A stretch of DNA of 64,000 nt, from the NCBI RefSeq assembly GCF_048593235.1, contig NC_133617.1, forward strand, positions 62,395,767 to 62,459,766. Direction: 5' to 3'. The notes beneath the pieces were generated by a model. That model had not been told where the DNA came from. It saw only the letters and a program-made list of their open reading frames with translations, and did no database searches. A program made the translations under genes and the position numbers. Numbering within the stretch: position 1 is the first letter of the stretch; every line of letters begins with the position of its first letter. This document shows positions 12,961 to 25,500 of this stretch, piece by piece. The stretch comes from Sminthopsis crassicaudata. Taxonomy: Eukaryota.

Positions 12961-14394
12961 TGATTATGTACTAGCGCCAGAGCACGTGTGTTAGCAGCCT
13001 GTATTTGTCGGAAAGTGTGGTGTGGGTATGTTGTCGGGGGAGATTAAGGGGAGTGTTTGTGTGTTTCTGGATTTTTTTTTTTTTTTTTTTTGCACAGTCC
13101 CATTTACCAGCCATGTCTCTGACCTTGATATGTTACTTGACTCCTCCGGCCTCAGTTTGCTCATTTGTAAAAACCAGAGGGGAAAATTAAATGATTTCTA
13201 ATTGTGATATTTTAAGTTTTTTAGTGGCCTCTTCATGACTCTCTGAAAAAGTGTAAATCCTGATGTGTGTCTTTGTCCATCTGAATCAAGAAGGAAGCTT
13301 GTGGTCCTTTCTGTATCTGAGGAAGGCTATTTGATTATGCGGGAATGTGAGAGGTTGATGCCTCTTCTCATCCTCTACCAGAAAGATGATTGAGATTTCA
13401 ATCGGTAAGAAACAGATGACAGACTTCTGTCTGGTACCAACTTCCAGCACTCCCTATTGTTCCCTTCAGCCATAACTCTGGTTTTTCAAAGATTAAGTCA
13501 CAGTCCATTTCCCTATTTCTTTTCCATCACTATCTTCTCCCAGTTTCCCCCACCCCCAGCACAGTCTGAGATGGGAGAACTGAAGGAGTAAGAATGAGAA
13601 AAGGTGGACACTAACCTAGGAGACAGGGAGGGTGAAACTCCCAAATCTGGCCTATAAATAGCTCATTGAGCAAGACCGGGTTTTCAGCATCCCTCCTCCT
13701 CTTTGTATGGCTAGACACATTCTTGTCCCTGGGCAACAAGCTGGCCCCCAATGGAACCCACTGAAGCGCTCCCTCTTTCCCTGAGGAGGGGGTTGCTCAC
13801 CCATTCCTTCTGACACAGAACTCTCTTCTGGGCTGCCTGGGGCTCCATCCTTTCTTTGGAAGGGGGTGTCCCCTGACAAAAACTGTGCTAGCCTGCCCCT
13901 CCTCCAGTTCTGCCAAACTGTTAGCCTTGGCCCCAAGCCCAATTCCCAGGCAAAGGCTTGGCGATGGATGGAAAGCAAAATCCCAGGGGTTCTTAAATGA
14001 GGAATATGGGCATCATGGCTGGCTCTGCATGGGACATTGTCAGCAGGTGTCTTGGGGATCAAGTGTCTTCAGCTCTAACATAAGCTCTCCTCTAACAGGG
14101 AGAGATTGTGGATCCCACAGAGAAACAAAATTTGCCTCCCTGTCCCAAACAGAGGGCCAATATGTTAGGAACATTCAGGTCAATTATCCTTTTGTTCACT
14201 CCTTCCCATCCCCCATTCTTAAATGGCTCCTTCTTTCCTCTCTCTCTATTGCCCTACTTCTCCCTTCTTACAAATTCCCAAACACCTTAGGGACAAATTT
14301 CACCCTTGAACTATATCTCTAATGTTACAAAATGAAAACATCCGTTATTGCACCTCTGTCCTGTAAGAGACTCTAAACTGAAGAACCAAAATTC

Positions 14395-16850
14395 CCAGAA
14401 TCTCAAAAGTTCAGATTTGGAAAAGACTCCAGAGAGCATCTAATTCAGTCTGTGGAACAAACTCTTCTCCAACATCCCCTACAAGTGGCCAGCTAGCTTT
14501 TACTTGAAGACTTCCATTGAGGAGGAACTAATCACCTATTGGGGCAGACATCCCATTTTTGGTTAGCTCTAATTATTAGAAAGTTTTCCCTTCTGCTAAG
14601 CTGAAATTCTTTTCTTTTCCACTTACAATATTTGCTTATGGATCTGTCCTTTGAGACCAAACAGAAGTGGCAAGGCAGTATGGCATAGTGTATAGGGCCT
14701 TGGACTTAGAGTTAGGAAGACATATTTTGAATTCTGCTTCAGACAATTTTTAGCTGTGTGATCCTGAGCAAATCATTCAAACTCCCTAGACCACAGTTTT
14801 CTTATATGTTCCTTCCAGCCCTAAATTGATGATTTTATAGATGTCTAAACCCTTTTCACAATGGCAGCCCTTCCAGTAATTGAACAGTTATTTTCCAAGT
14901 CTCTTTTCTAGGCTAAAAACCTCAACTCCTCCTACCAATCCAACTATCCCATCCTTGTTGTCTCCTTCTACATATGCTCCAACTAATGACTTTCTTACCT
15001 AAAAAGTAGCACCCAGAACTCACGATAATATTCTAGTTTGGTCTGACCAAGACAAAGTACAGATGAATTGATACCTCCCTAGGTATCTTTAATATAACTC
15101 AAAACTTCATTTGGTTTTCTATGAGTTGAATATCTCATTCTCTTGATTCATATTGAATTTGCAGTCTACTAAAACTTTCAGGTCTTTTTCAAACACACCA
15201 CTGTCTAGCCATATCTCGCCAATTTTGTATTTGTGGAGGGTTTTTTTTGTCATTTTTTTTACCCTGAATCCCTATTACATTTATTCTTATCAGATTTGAT
15301 CCAATGTTCCAGACTGTCAAGTTCTTTTTTTGGATCCTTACTCTGTCATCTAATGTGTTAGCTATCTCTTCCAGTTTGTGCCATCTGCAAATCTGATAAG
15401 TATACCATTTATGGCTTCATCTAAGTCATTGATAAAAATGTTACATAGGGTGATACCCAGAACCCTAAGGCTCTCAGAATCAACAAATGCTTATTAAGCA
15501 CCCATCTAGTATATACCAGTTACAGTACTAAACTCTGGGGATGCAAAGGCAAAAAGATCCTCAAGGATCTTTACATTTTAGTGAAAGGAATGATACATGT
15601 GTAGGTAGAGGTGAGCTGATAAATATTTAACAATTGGCTTTCTGGGGGAGCAAATGTGTGAATGATGCACTTTAAGTTTAAACTGCATTTACAATTTCTT
15701 GATCACTTAAATCTAGACAGCCAACAAAACAACAGAAAAAATTCTTCATTTATAACATTTTCATATTTCTGAGGTACAAATGTTCACATTTAAACTTAAA
15801 CAATTGGGTCTTTCTAACATACCATTGTATATAGGCATATTTGTTCAGTTGTGTCAGATTCTTTGTGACCCCATTTGGTATTTTCTTGCTATTTCTTTCT
15901 CTGGTTCATTTTACAGATGAGGAAATTGAGGCAAACAGGATTATGTGATTTGCCCAGGGTCACAAAACTAGTTATTGTCTGAGACTAAATTTGAAGTCAG
16001 GAAAATGAATCTTTCTAAGTCCTCCAGCCCTCTAATGTATCATCTAGCTGCCCATATAGATGTATGTGCATACATACACCCATGCACACACACACGCATA
16101 CATATTGCATAAAAGGTAGACAAAGTAACTTTAGAGAGGAAGGCACCAGCAGTTGTTTGGATGTGGAAACACTTCCTGAAGATTACTATCCAGTTCAGTT
16201 TTGAAGGAAAAGAGAGATTGTAAGAGCTAAGGAGGTGAGGGGAACAATCTTCACAAAAGCCTGGATATAGGAGGTGGAATATCATGAGAACCATATCACA
16301 AAGCATGGGTCATAGAGTATATGGAGAAAGTTCTGAAAAGATAGGAACCAACCAGATTGTAAAAACTTCAAATGCCATCCTGAAAAGTTTAGTGTTAATT
16401 CAAGAGATGATTAGGAGTTTGTTGAGTTTGGGAGGTTTGTTGAGTAGGGGAATGATATAGTCAGACCAATGCAATGGATTATAGTGGGGAGAAAGTAGGA
16501 GATTATTTTTCTAAGCTGACATTGAGCCATTAATGACTACTTTGTAGGTGCCTGTCAATTCCAATTCTATTTTACCACTGTTTAGCCCATCTATTTCCAT
16601 CATTTCTACAAAGATATCATGAGAGCATTTGTCAAATGCTTTGCTAAAATATAGGTAAATTATGCCTACAGAATTCTCCTGATTTAATAGTCTAGTAACC
16701 CTGTCAGAAAGGAAGTAAATTTAGTTTGACATGACCTGGTCTTATTAAATCCCACTGCTTATTTTTTAATGATCCCTATTTCTTTCTCTATATGTTGAAT
16801 TTTGCAAGGAATCAAATTCAAGTTCACTGTCTAAAGTCTAAAGACTATTT
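14395..16850 (-). mobile_element. Fragmented L3/CR1 LINE interrupted by MIR, L2, MAR1 and hAT pieces
   Basis: Degenerate CR1 RT-like segments (ccatctgcaaatctgataag; tgtcaaatgctttgctaaaat). Confidence 0.6.
15835..16050 (-). mobile_element. MAR1-type SINE
   Basis: ctttgtgaccccatttgg..ttttacagatgaggaaattgaggca core. Confidence 0.7.
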
Positions 16851-19699
16851 TCTTTCTTTCTACTTCACCCCAATTGTTGTTTGCACTTTGTTTTCAAAGA
16901 GAATTGAGATCACCACAATATTGGAGTAAAATAGTGGATGATGGGGGATGTCTTGATTTGCACATGAATTGGATCTAAGGCAGAATTGCACAAAGTCCTC
17001 AGTCTCACTCTCTCAGAATTATCAAAGTCTAGTAACAGAACACAATTCAAGATAATTGAGGATGACTTTGGCTCCTTCAATATCTGATCAAGCTCATAGC
17101 ACCTGCTTCAACCATCTTCATGGCCAATGGAACAAATTGTTCTCCTCTACCCATTCCACTGGAGGAAGGCTTCACATGCTTGCAGTAGACATTCCCCTAA
17201 CTCACTGACAGATTTGAGACTGGTAGGTAATCCTCAACCTTGTTTAGCTCACTTGCTGAGATGGATTTATTGGAGTATAGCCACTGTGCATGCTATAGCT
17301 TCTTGGGCCATAGATAAGAGATGGGTGAAAGTGGACACCAAAGATGGATGAACAGTCCTGAAAAAGAGTCAGCAGTTCCCCAACCCAGAAGTGCTAATCC
17401 TTCCTGAACACCTCATACATCCCTCATTTCAATTAATGGAAGGTCCAAATAATTAAATGGAATAAACCAGTCAATCAAATATGTAAACTAGGTGTGAATA
17501 AGACTTTAATAAATTTTGGATGAGTAAAATGCTTTGATCATTAGATGAAATCATATAGGGAAATCAGATAAGGGAAAATTGGCTAAAAGAACCAAACACA
17601 CCTCTGAGCTAGTGTATATAATAATCAAGTTAGTCCAAATTGCATATTCTAGTGCCAGTGAGTTGAATAGTGGTTGAATCCAGTAGTGAAAAACTTTTTA
17701 AAGTAATTGCCTTTGGAAGGCAACTATGAGTTTTTCTTCTTCTCTCTCTACATCCTTTCCCCTTCCCTTCTCCTCCATATGATTGTCAAAGTGACAGCCT
17801 TGTGAATTTCAAAAGATTGGGAGATTTGGAATTCCCATGGGTATTAGTAGCAATGTCCCTGCAACATTCATGGCCATGTCTGCATCTGGAACTGAGAGAA
17901 TCACCAAAGACCAACAGATACATTGAAGAAAGATTTTACAAAAGCATTGGCTTTTGTTGCCTAGAAAGTTATACCTAGGAAGAGGATTCCATTAAACAAA
18001 GAAAAGGATTTCTAAGAACTAGGAATGTGAGGTTTATCTTCTGTGCACATTTAATCTCCAAATTTAAGCTCACTTTCCTAGGAAATGTGATGTATACAAG
18101 GAAAAGGAGTATTCCTGGCTTGGGAGTATGTTTCTGTAACAAATCTTCTTGTTATACCTGATTAATAAATATCTTTTCTAAAAACTAATTCACTCTGCTG
18201 TTAATTGATGGGGAGTGCATACAAGGGGGCTTGTGAGTAAAAGTATTGGAAACTTGAGCCTTTAAAATGAAGAAGTTGCCAAACTCTTTGTAAGATTTGA
18301 TCTGTCATGTGAATGGTAGTTGGGGAATTCGCCCTTGAAGATTGTATTTCCTTTGTGAAAAATCAAGACATTTGCCTTTTTTTTTAATCCTGTCATATTT
18401 CTTTGTGTTCTATAATCTTACAAAGACCACTGACAATGGCTCAGTACTTTCTCCTTCAAATGAAGTTCATGGAATAGATAATCTCTAAGATCTATCTAGC
18501 TCTGATATTCTATGACATCAAAGGTGATGAAGATAGGGATACTGGTGATGAAAATGGTAAAGATATTTTTAATAATCAACATTTATTAACTGCTTCCTGT
18601 ATTTGTGGCCCTGGGCTTAGTACTGAAGGAGACAAAAATTATTAACACAATCACTTCTGCTCTTGCATAATTTAGATGCATGGAATGGGAGAAGGTACTT
18701 CAATCAGATAAGTGCTGTTTGTCCTTTGTTTTCAGAGGACCAATGACATCATAATGTTGGCAAAATAAAAACCAAATAGGTTGGTGATGGTCCAGGATGC
18801 AGTGGATAATCTTGGTATCTTTGATGTCTGACCAAGTTCTAAGTACTTTTTATCACCCACTTCAGGTGATACGGTCATTTATGGCCATTAGAATAAATTG
18901 TTCTCATCTGCCTATTCTATCGGGGAAGTTCTCAGATGCTTGGGATAAGCAATAGAAGTAACATAAGAGAGTTAGAAAGTGTTGGGGGTTTCAGAGGAGG
19001 GAGATATTACTTTTGATATGTGGAAGGAATATAAAGTTCTTCCGGAAGATGAAGATGATTTTAATGATAATGGTGATGATGGTAATATCTGGGTTCAGGG
19101 AAAGAAGGCAAGTGAGAAAAAAATAAAGCAAAGACCAATAGTGGAGAAAAGCAAGACAGTGAAGACAATAGTATGGGAAGATGAGATTCTCATCATGACA
19201 GTAGTAAGGCTCAGGCAGCCAACATATTGCATGAACATTTAGCTTAGACTCTCTTCAAGTTCCCTGGGCCATCACTGGGGCCCTATTTCCCTCAGACTGA
19301 TTCAGGGAAGAAAAAATGAGCAGATCTTCTGAGATCTTAATTTAGAGAACTAGCCAATTGTCCGGAGTTTTCTAATGGCCAGGGTCAAGCAGGAATCTTG
19401 GAGTATGTAATATGCATGCTCTTATTTTCTACTAAGGCAGAGGGGGGAACCCCGTAATCAGAGTCCTAGGCTTTTATTAGGCAGCTTGGCTTGGAATCCT
19501 GACCATCAACTTACTATAAACTATGGGCATGTCCTTTTTCTTTTAAAAACTCCCTTACTGAAGACTAGCTATTATCAGATAAAACCTACTTCCAGATTAT
19601 CCTGTTTGTATAATGTTGGTGAGAACGAAACTCTTATCAACCTCCATTATCTATCCCAAACCTCTGTGTATCTTTAAACAACTTTTGAAATATTGATTA

Positions 19700-20160
19700 G
19701 CATGTATTTAGAGAGGTCTGAGACCTGGTTTGCCAGGTGTATGCCATCTAGTTCCTTAATCCCTCTCTGCATTCCCACCTTTACTTCCTAGTTTCACTGA
19801 GGCTATATTTCCCCCATAAAAGATCTGCTTATGCTGAAGATCTTTGCTCAGTTCTTTCTGCACTAAGCCCATAATGAGGTACTTTCTTTCTCTTCCTCAT
19901 AGTGCCTTCCCTCTAATGGCATCTTTCTCCTTACGACAGCTACCTCTAGTTAGTCTGCTATACTCCTCTGTGGAACAAACTTGCCAGTCAATGGCATTCT
20001 CATGGCATCCATAAGAATGAATTCTTCCAAATCCCTTTCCTTGGTAACTCTATTGCTCTTCCAACTCTATTTCATATCTGTCATTCCTGGTGCCTATTTT
20101 ACCTCTTATTTTGTCTGTAACTTCTTCTCCTAAATAAATCTACCTTTTGGTAAAGAGAAA
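19700..20160 (+). mobile_element. LTR fragment related to the 43167-43682 LTR (ends approximate)
   Basis: About 130 bp near-identical block aaatccctttccttggtaact...aaataaa..cttttg..aagagaa; TATA-like cataaaa about 19815. Confidence 0.6.
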
Positions 20161-21005
20161 ATTTCCTCTTTCCTCTTCTGTAAAATGGGGGCGATAATCT
20201 TTGCATATTGTTGACTCCATAGAATTGTTGTGAGGAAACCACTTTGTAAACTGTAAGTTATAAAAATGCAAGCTATGTTTATCGTGATTTATATGTAGTA
20301 ACAAAGAGGGCTTCCCCTTCTCCGGTTTCATAAACAATTATTAGCTGTTTACTGTGTGCAGAGCCCGATGCTAGGGGTTTGGGGAGATAAAAAGTCTAGA
20401 TATGATATGGTCTTTAACTTTCTAGACTTTCTTCCTCATTCTTCCTCTCTGCCTTCCCAGAAGAGGGATGTGATGCACAGAAGACTCTTTTTTAAGGAGG
20501 TTGAGGTGGGGGTAGACTTGTGAATTCATTGAATGAGAGAATTCTAAGTAAGGGAACTCCTGTCACTGAGGAAGATTACCAACTCCTTGTAATCATTGTC
20601 AGGTATGTACAAAGCACTTATTCGAAACCAGGTTTTTGTTCTAGGCCCTGGGGATATAAACATAAAGACTGAAACAGTTCCTGCTTGCAAGGAGTTTACA
20701 CTGATAGGAGAGATAAGAACATGTAAGAATTTATACCACATCCATGTGAAGTGAATAAACACAAATAAATGCAAGGGAGTTGAATATAAGACATTTTTGG
20801 AAAGAAGTCATCAGCATTTGGGAGAATCAGGAAAAGCTTCATGTGGAAGGTGGTATTTTAGCTGCATCTCAAAAGAATAGGAATTTTTTTTTTATGAAGG
20901 ATTCTATTCTTCATAGAAAAGAATTCTATAAAGTAGAAGGAAGGAGAGAAGGCATTCCAGGTATAGGAAACAGTCACTGAAAAGGTGAATAGGTGGGAAA
21001 ATGGA

Positions 21006-21008
<3 letters not shown>

Positions 21009-21062
<54 letters not shown>
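21009..21062. repeat. (GT)27 microsatellite; compound (TA/TG)n at 21133-21172
   Basis: Read directly. Confidence 0.97.
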
Positions 21063-21064
<2 letters not shown>

Positions 21065-23799
21065 CAGAGACATCAGTTTGGCCATATCATGGAGTGCAGT
21101 GGTATAAAATACTATATAAGATATTGTGACTAATATATATGTGTATATATATGTATATATATATATATATATGTTTTGCAAAGGGATATTTATTTCAAAA
21201 ATATAACAATCACAGAAGTACATTTCTCCCCAACTTATATCCAGCTTTATGGGGGGGGTGCTTGGGTACTGAAAAGCTAAAGGACTCAGAAAACTACAAT
21301 AAAAATTAAAAGCACAAGCATAGCACTAGATGAGACAGGTCATTACTTACTGAAGGAAGCAGGGAAGATTTCTTGGAGGGCTTGGAATTAGCATTCCACT
21401 TGGACTTTAAAGGGTGGGAAAACTGAAACTGAAAAAGATGGGCTGGTCACCTGGTGAGAGGGAGGGTTGTCCAGTAAGAAGACGGCTCTGTGTTCTCCAT
21501 TGGTGTCTTTGAAATTTCAGCACATTGTAGCAAACTCATAAGATGTGAGAGGGAGGCTGTAATTGCCATCAGTGGAGGGAACGTTCTCACAGATGAGATC
21601 TGAGAGCTGTTGCAGTTGGGGCATGTTGGAGGAATGCAAGAGGTGGGAGAAGCTGGGATGCTGGGACATTCCAGGCACAAAGACAGGAGAATGGAGAGGG
21701 TACGTGTGGGAGGGCAGCAAGTTATTTGGGGAAAAGGCAAAAGGAAGGGAACCAACATTTATTAAGCATCTGTGCTCAGCATTTAACAAGTATTATCACT
21801 TGATGCTCACAAAATCCTAGAAGATGGGCGTTGTTATTATCCACATTTTACAGCTGAAGAAACTGAAACATGCTGTATATACCCAGGGTCACACAGCTAA
21901 TAATATCTTAAATATCTTCCTGACTCTGGTATAGAGGCTTTAAATGCCTGGTTAAAGAATTTGAACTTGACTTAGAAAGCAATAGGGAGCCATTGAAAGG
22001 TTTTGAAGAGTAGCATGAAGGGACCATATCTGTGCATAAAGAAGGTTAGCCCGGCAGTGTGTGAAGGATGGATGGGAAGAGTTCAGTGCAGGCACCTCCC
22101 TTAGAATTTCCCCAAACCCTTGCTGTCTCTCCCGGTGCTCCCGGCCATACAAATGTGCTGCATTGTGAGAGGCCGACTCTGATCCATATAATTCCCCTGG
22201 GAAACAAGAAGCTCATTCATAAACTGAAAGAGAAGCTGGGGAAGCTGTTGGCTCCTGCCATAAAGCCAGCCACACAGGCCCAGGAAGCTAGGAGGGCAGG
22301 AGGATGGGGAGGGAGGAGAGGGGGTTGTTAGATCCAAGCAGGCGGGAGGGACAGTCTGGCTCCAGCTTGCCCACTTGGGCTAGACATGTGGATTGGGGGT
22401 GTTCAGAGACTCAGAACCTTGCCCTCCTGGCACAGGTCCAAGAGACAGGGGCTTTATCAGCTCCACCCCCATTGTCCAGGCTTCCTTAGAGACTCCAGCC
22501 TATATGACATTTAACTTGCAGGCCTGGCCTTTGCCTATGGCTCTGGGAAGAGAACCAGGTCTTGAAATGGAGACTATGTGGGAAGAAATATGGGGGTTTG
22601 GGGATCGGCACTGTGGACACAGCACTGAGGGAAAAATAGACCCTGAGGTACTTGGGAGAAATAGGGGAGAGGACATGGGAAAAGTGACTTTTCACTGAAA
22701 TATGGATCGGAACTTCTTAAGCAATGCTCTGTGACATTGGTCTTTATCATCCTGCTCTTCCTCTCCATTCTTCCAAAACACTGGAGCCCACAGCTGGAGC
22801 GAGCAGGAGCAGACCTTGCTCACAGCTAGAACAGCAGGCAGCCAGAGGCCAGAGGCATTGATCCATAGAGATAAGTGGTTGTCAATGAATAAAGCCAGCC
22901 ATTGGCTCAGACTGGAGATCAAATTCCAGAATAAAGTGGTACCCAGACCTTGGAAAGCATCAATAGAGCCATGCAAGCAGAGGCAGGAAGGGGAAGAAAA
23001 GAGCATTAAGATGTATCTCTAGGTTCAAGGGTCAGTGAACCAACCAATAGAATGGGCATAAAGGGATCTTAAATGTCCTAATATGATCTTCCCATTTGGA
23101 ATAGACAGACAGTCTGGAGCTTCTTTTGAAAAGCAAATGGATCTATATTCTCTGTGGATTCAGAGACCCATTGTTACCCCCATGTTAACTTTTGTTCTTC
23201 CTAAAGAAAGTGTGTTAGAAGGTAACCAAGACAGGGGAAGAAGATCCATGACTGTTAGGGTGTAAGGAAAAAAGTGCCAAGAAACTAAGAACACACCATT
23301 CCTCACTGGGGATCAGGAAGCTCATAACTAGAACAGGTTCTGCTCTCTGGAAGCAGTCTGGGAGACATCAGCTCCCAACTCTCTATTTCATCTCCAGTTC
23401 TCAGAGAACTACTCCACTTTTCCTGACACAAAGTATCCACACACTTCCTGAGACAGTAACAATTCAAGTTGAGCAGCTGAGAGCTGTATCAAGACAGGGA
23501 GGGCTGACTGAGCTTTTCTGACCCTCTGCCATAACTAGCAGATTTCACTGTTAACCTTTCTGAATTTAGTCCTCAATGCTTAGCATACTCCCACACCCTC
23601 TTATTCTTCCTTTCTCTGTGATAATAAACTTCCAAATACCAATGATTAAATCCTCTTTCTCAAACTCAATTGCTCACTCCCCCACTCTTGTCCATATCAA
23701 TTCTCCTGTTTCCCTCCCTCTAAATGTCCCCACTACCATTCTACCTCACTGTGCCCTCAGGGACAACAACTCCATGATATTACTAGTTAGTCATGCATA

Positions 23800-25500
23800 G
23801 ATCAAAAAAAAGATATTTATTTCTTATTCCTCTAATTTGTTATTTGATGTGACTTTTAAAATCTAGGTCATGTATACATTTGGAGCTTATATGTTGGGAG
23901 ATATTGTTCTAAACCTAATTTTGTCAGATTGCTGCCCAATTTTTTTCCAGCAGTTTTTGACAAAAACTTCCCTCAGGAACCAGTCTTTAGATTTTCCAAA
24001 CACTTTGCTACTGTCTTTGCTTCTGTACGTTGTGTGCCTAATTGACTAACATGGTGTGATCATCTCAGCAGACTGACTAAACCAGGTGGAAGATAACTGA
24101 CAAGTCTCAAATCTGTTGGTGAGTTAGAGGGATGTGTTAGGTTCTTACTAAGTGCTATACCTCTAATATTGTTAGAAAAGCTTTTAGTTTATTTCCATGA
24201 CATAAAAAGCCACTTCTTGGTTTTAAATAGATATTGCTTACCACATTAATGAAATGCTCATTTATTCCTGTATTTTCTAGTTTTTATATAACAGAAATAA
24301 ATATTGTATTTTGTCCAAAAGCCTTTCTTAAATCTATTGATATAATTGTATGTTTTTGTTTTTCTTCTTATTAAAATAATCTAATATGCGTATAGTCTTC
24401 CTAATGGTGAACCTGCCTATATTATACTAGAAATGTATAATTTCAACTGAGTCATAATGTATTACCTTTTTGGATATGCTGTGTTAGTCGCTTTACTAAA
24501 ATTTCATTTAAATTTTTTGTTTCAGTGTTAATTAGAGATATTGATCCATGACTTTTAAAATTTCTATTCTCTCTGATTTGGGTGTTGAGACTATATTTGT
24601 ATCATAGAAAGTATTTAGTAGAATCCCTTATTTTGATACTTTTCTTGCAAACAAGTTATAGATAATGTGTAATAATAGTTATATTACATCACTATATTAA
24701 ATTAGCTATATTATATTCATTTATATGTAACATGATATTTAATCTGTGGGTTTTTATTAATATATAGTCAAACAAAATAATTTGTAATAATTTTCTTCAT
24801 CTATTGTTAACTCATTTTTGATATTGGTAATTTAGTTTTCCTTTTTAAAAGAAATCAGATTAGCTAATAATTTGTCTATTTTATTTATTTTTTAAAAAAC
24901 CCTAGCACCTACTTTTATTTTTTAATTTAATAGGATTTTTTTCTTTTTGATTTTGTTAATTTCTATAACAATTTTCAGAATTTCTCTTTTGTGTTTAATT
25001 GGGTTTAAAAGTTGAGCTTTTTAGTTATTTTTCAAAGTTGCAAAACAAATTCATTGATCTGTTCATTTATTTTTCTTATTGTATATGTTTAGTGATATGA
25101 ATTTTCTTCTATGAATTGTTTTGATTGCATCCACAAAGTTTTTGTTATATTATTATTTTCATTGGAATTATCTATTGTGGGTTTTTTTTTTTTGTTTTGT
25201 TTTTGCTTATCAGATCTTTAGGATTAAATTATTTAAACCTCAAATTCATTTTTAAGCCTTTTTTCAATGGTCCTTTATTGAATGTAATTTCTACTTCATT
25301 GTGGTCAGTAAAGGATGTATATTTTATTTCTGCTTCCTTGCATTACTTTGTGAGCTTGTTCTGCCTCAATACATGGTCATCTGAGAAATATGTACATTCT
25401 TTTCTATCCCCATTCAATAGTCATTAAAGAACTATCATATTAACTTTTCTAAACTTCTTTTCAGAACCTTATTTCTTGCCTATTATTAAAATTAGCTTTG
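23800..25500 (-). mobile_element. Old degenerate L1 ORF2 fragments
   Basis: T-rich L1-like segments with no intact ORF. Confidence 0.55.

Noticed and set aside
18979-19242. 87-aa acidic ORF
   Set aside because: Starts at GTG in purine-rich, probably L2-derived DNA; no splice context or recognisable homology
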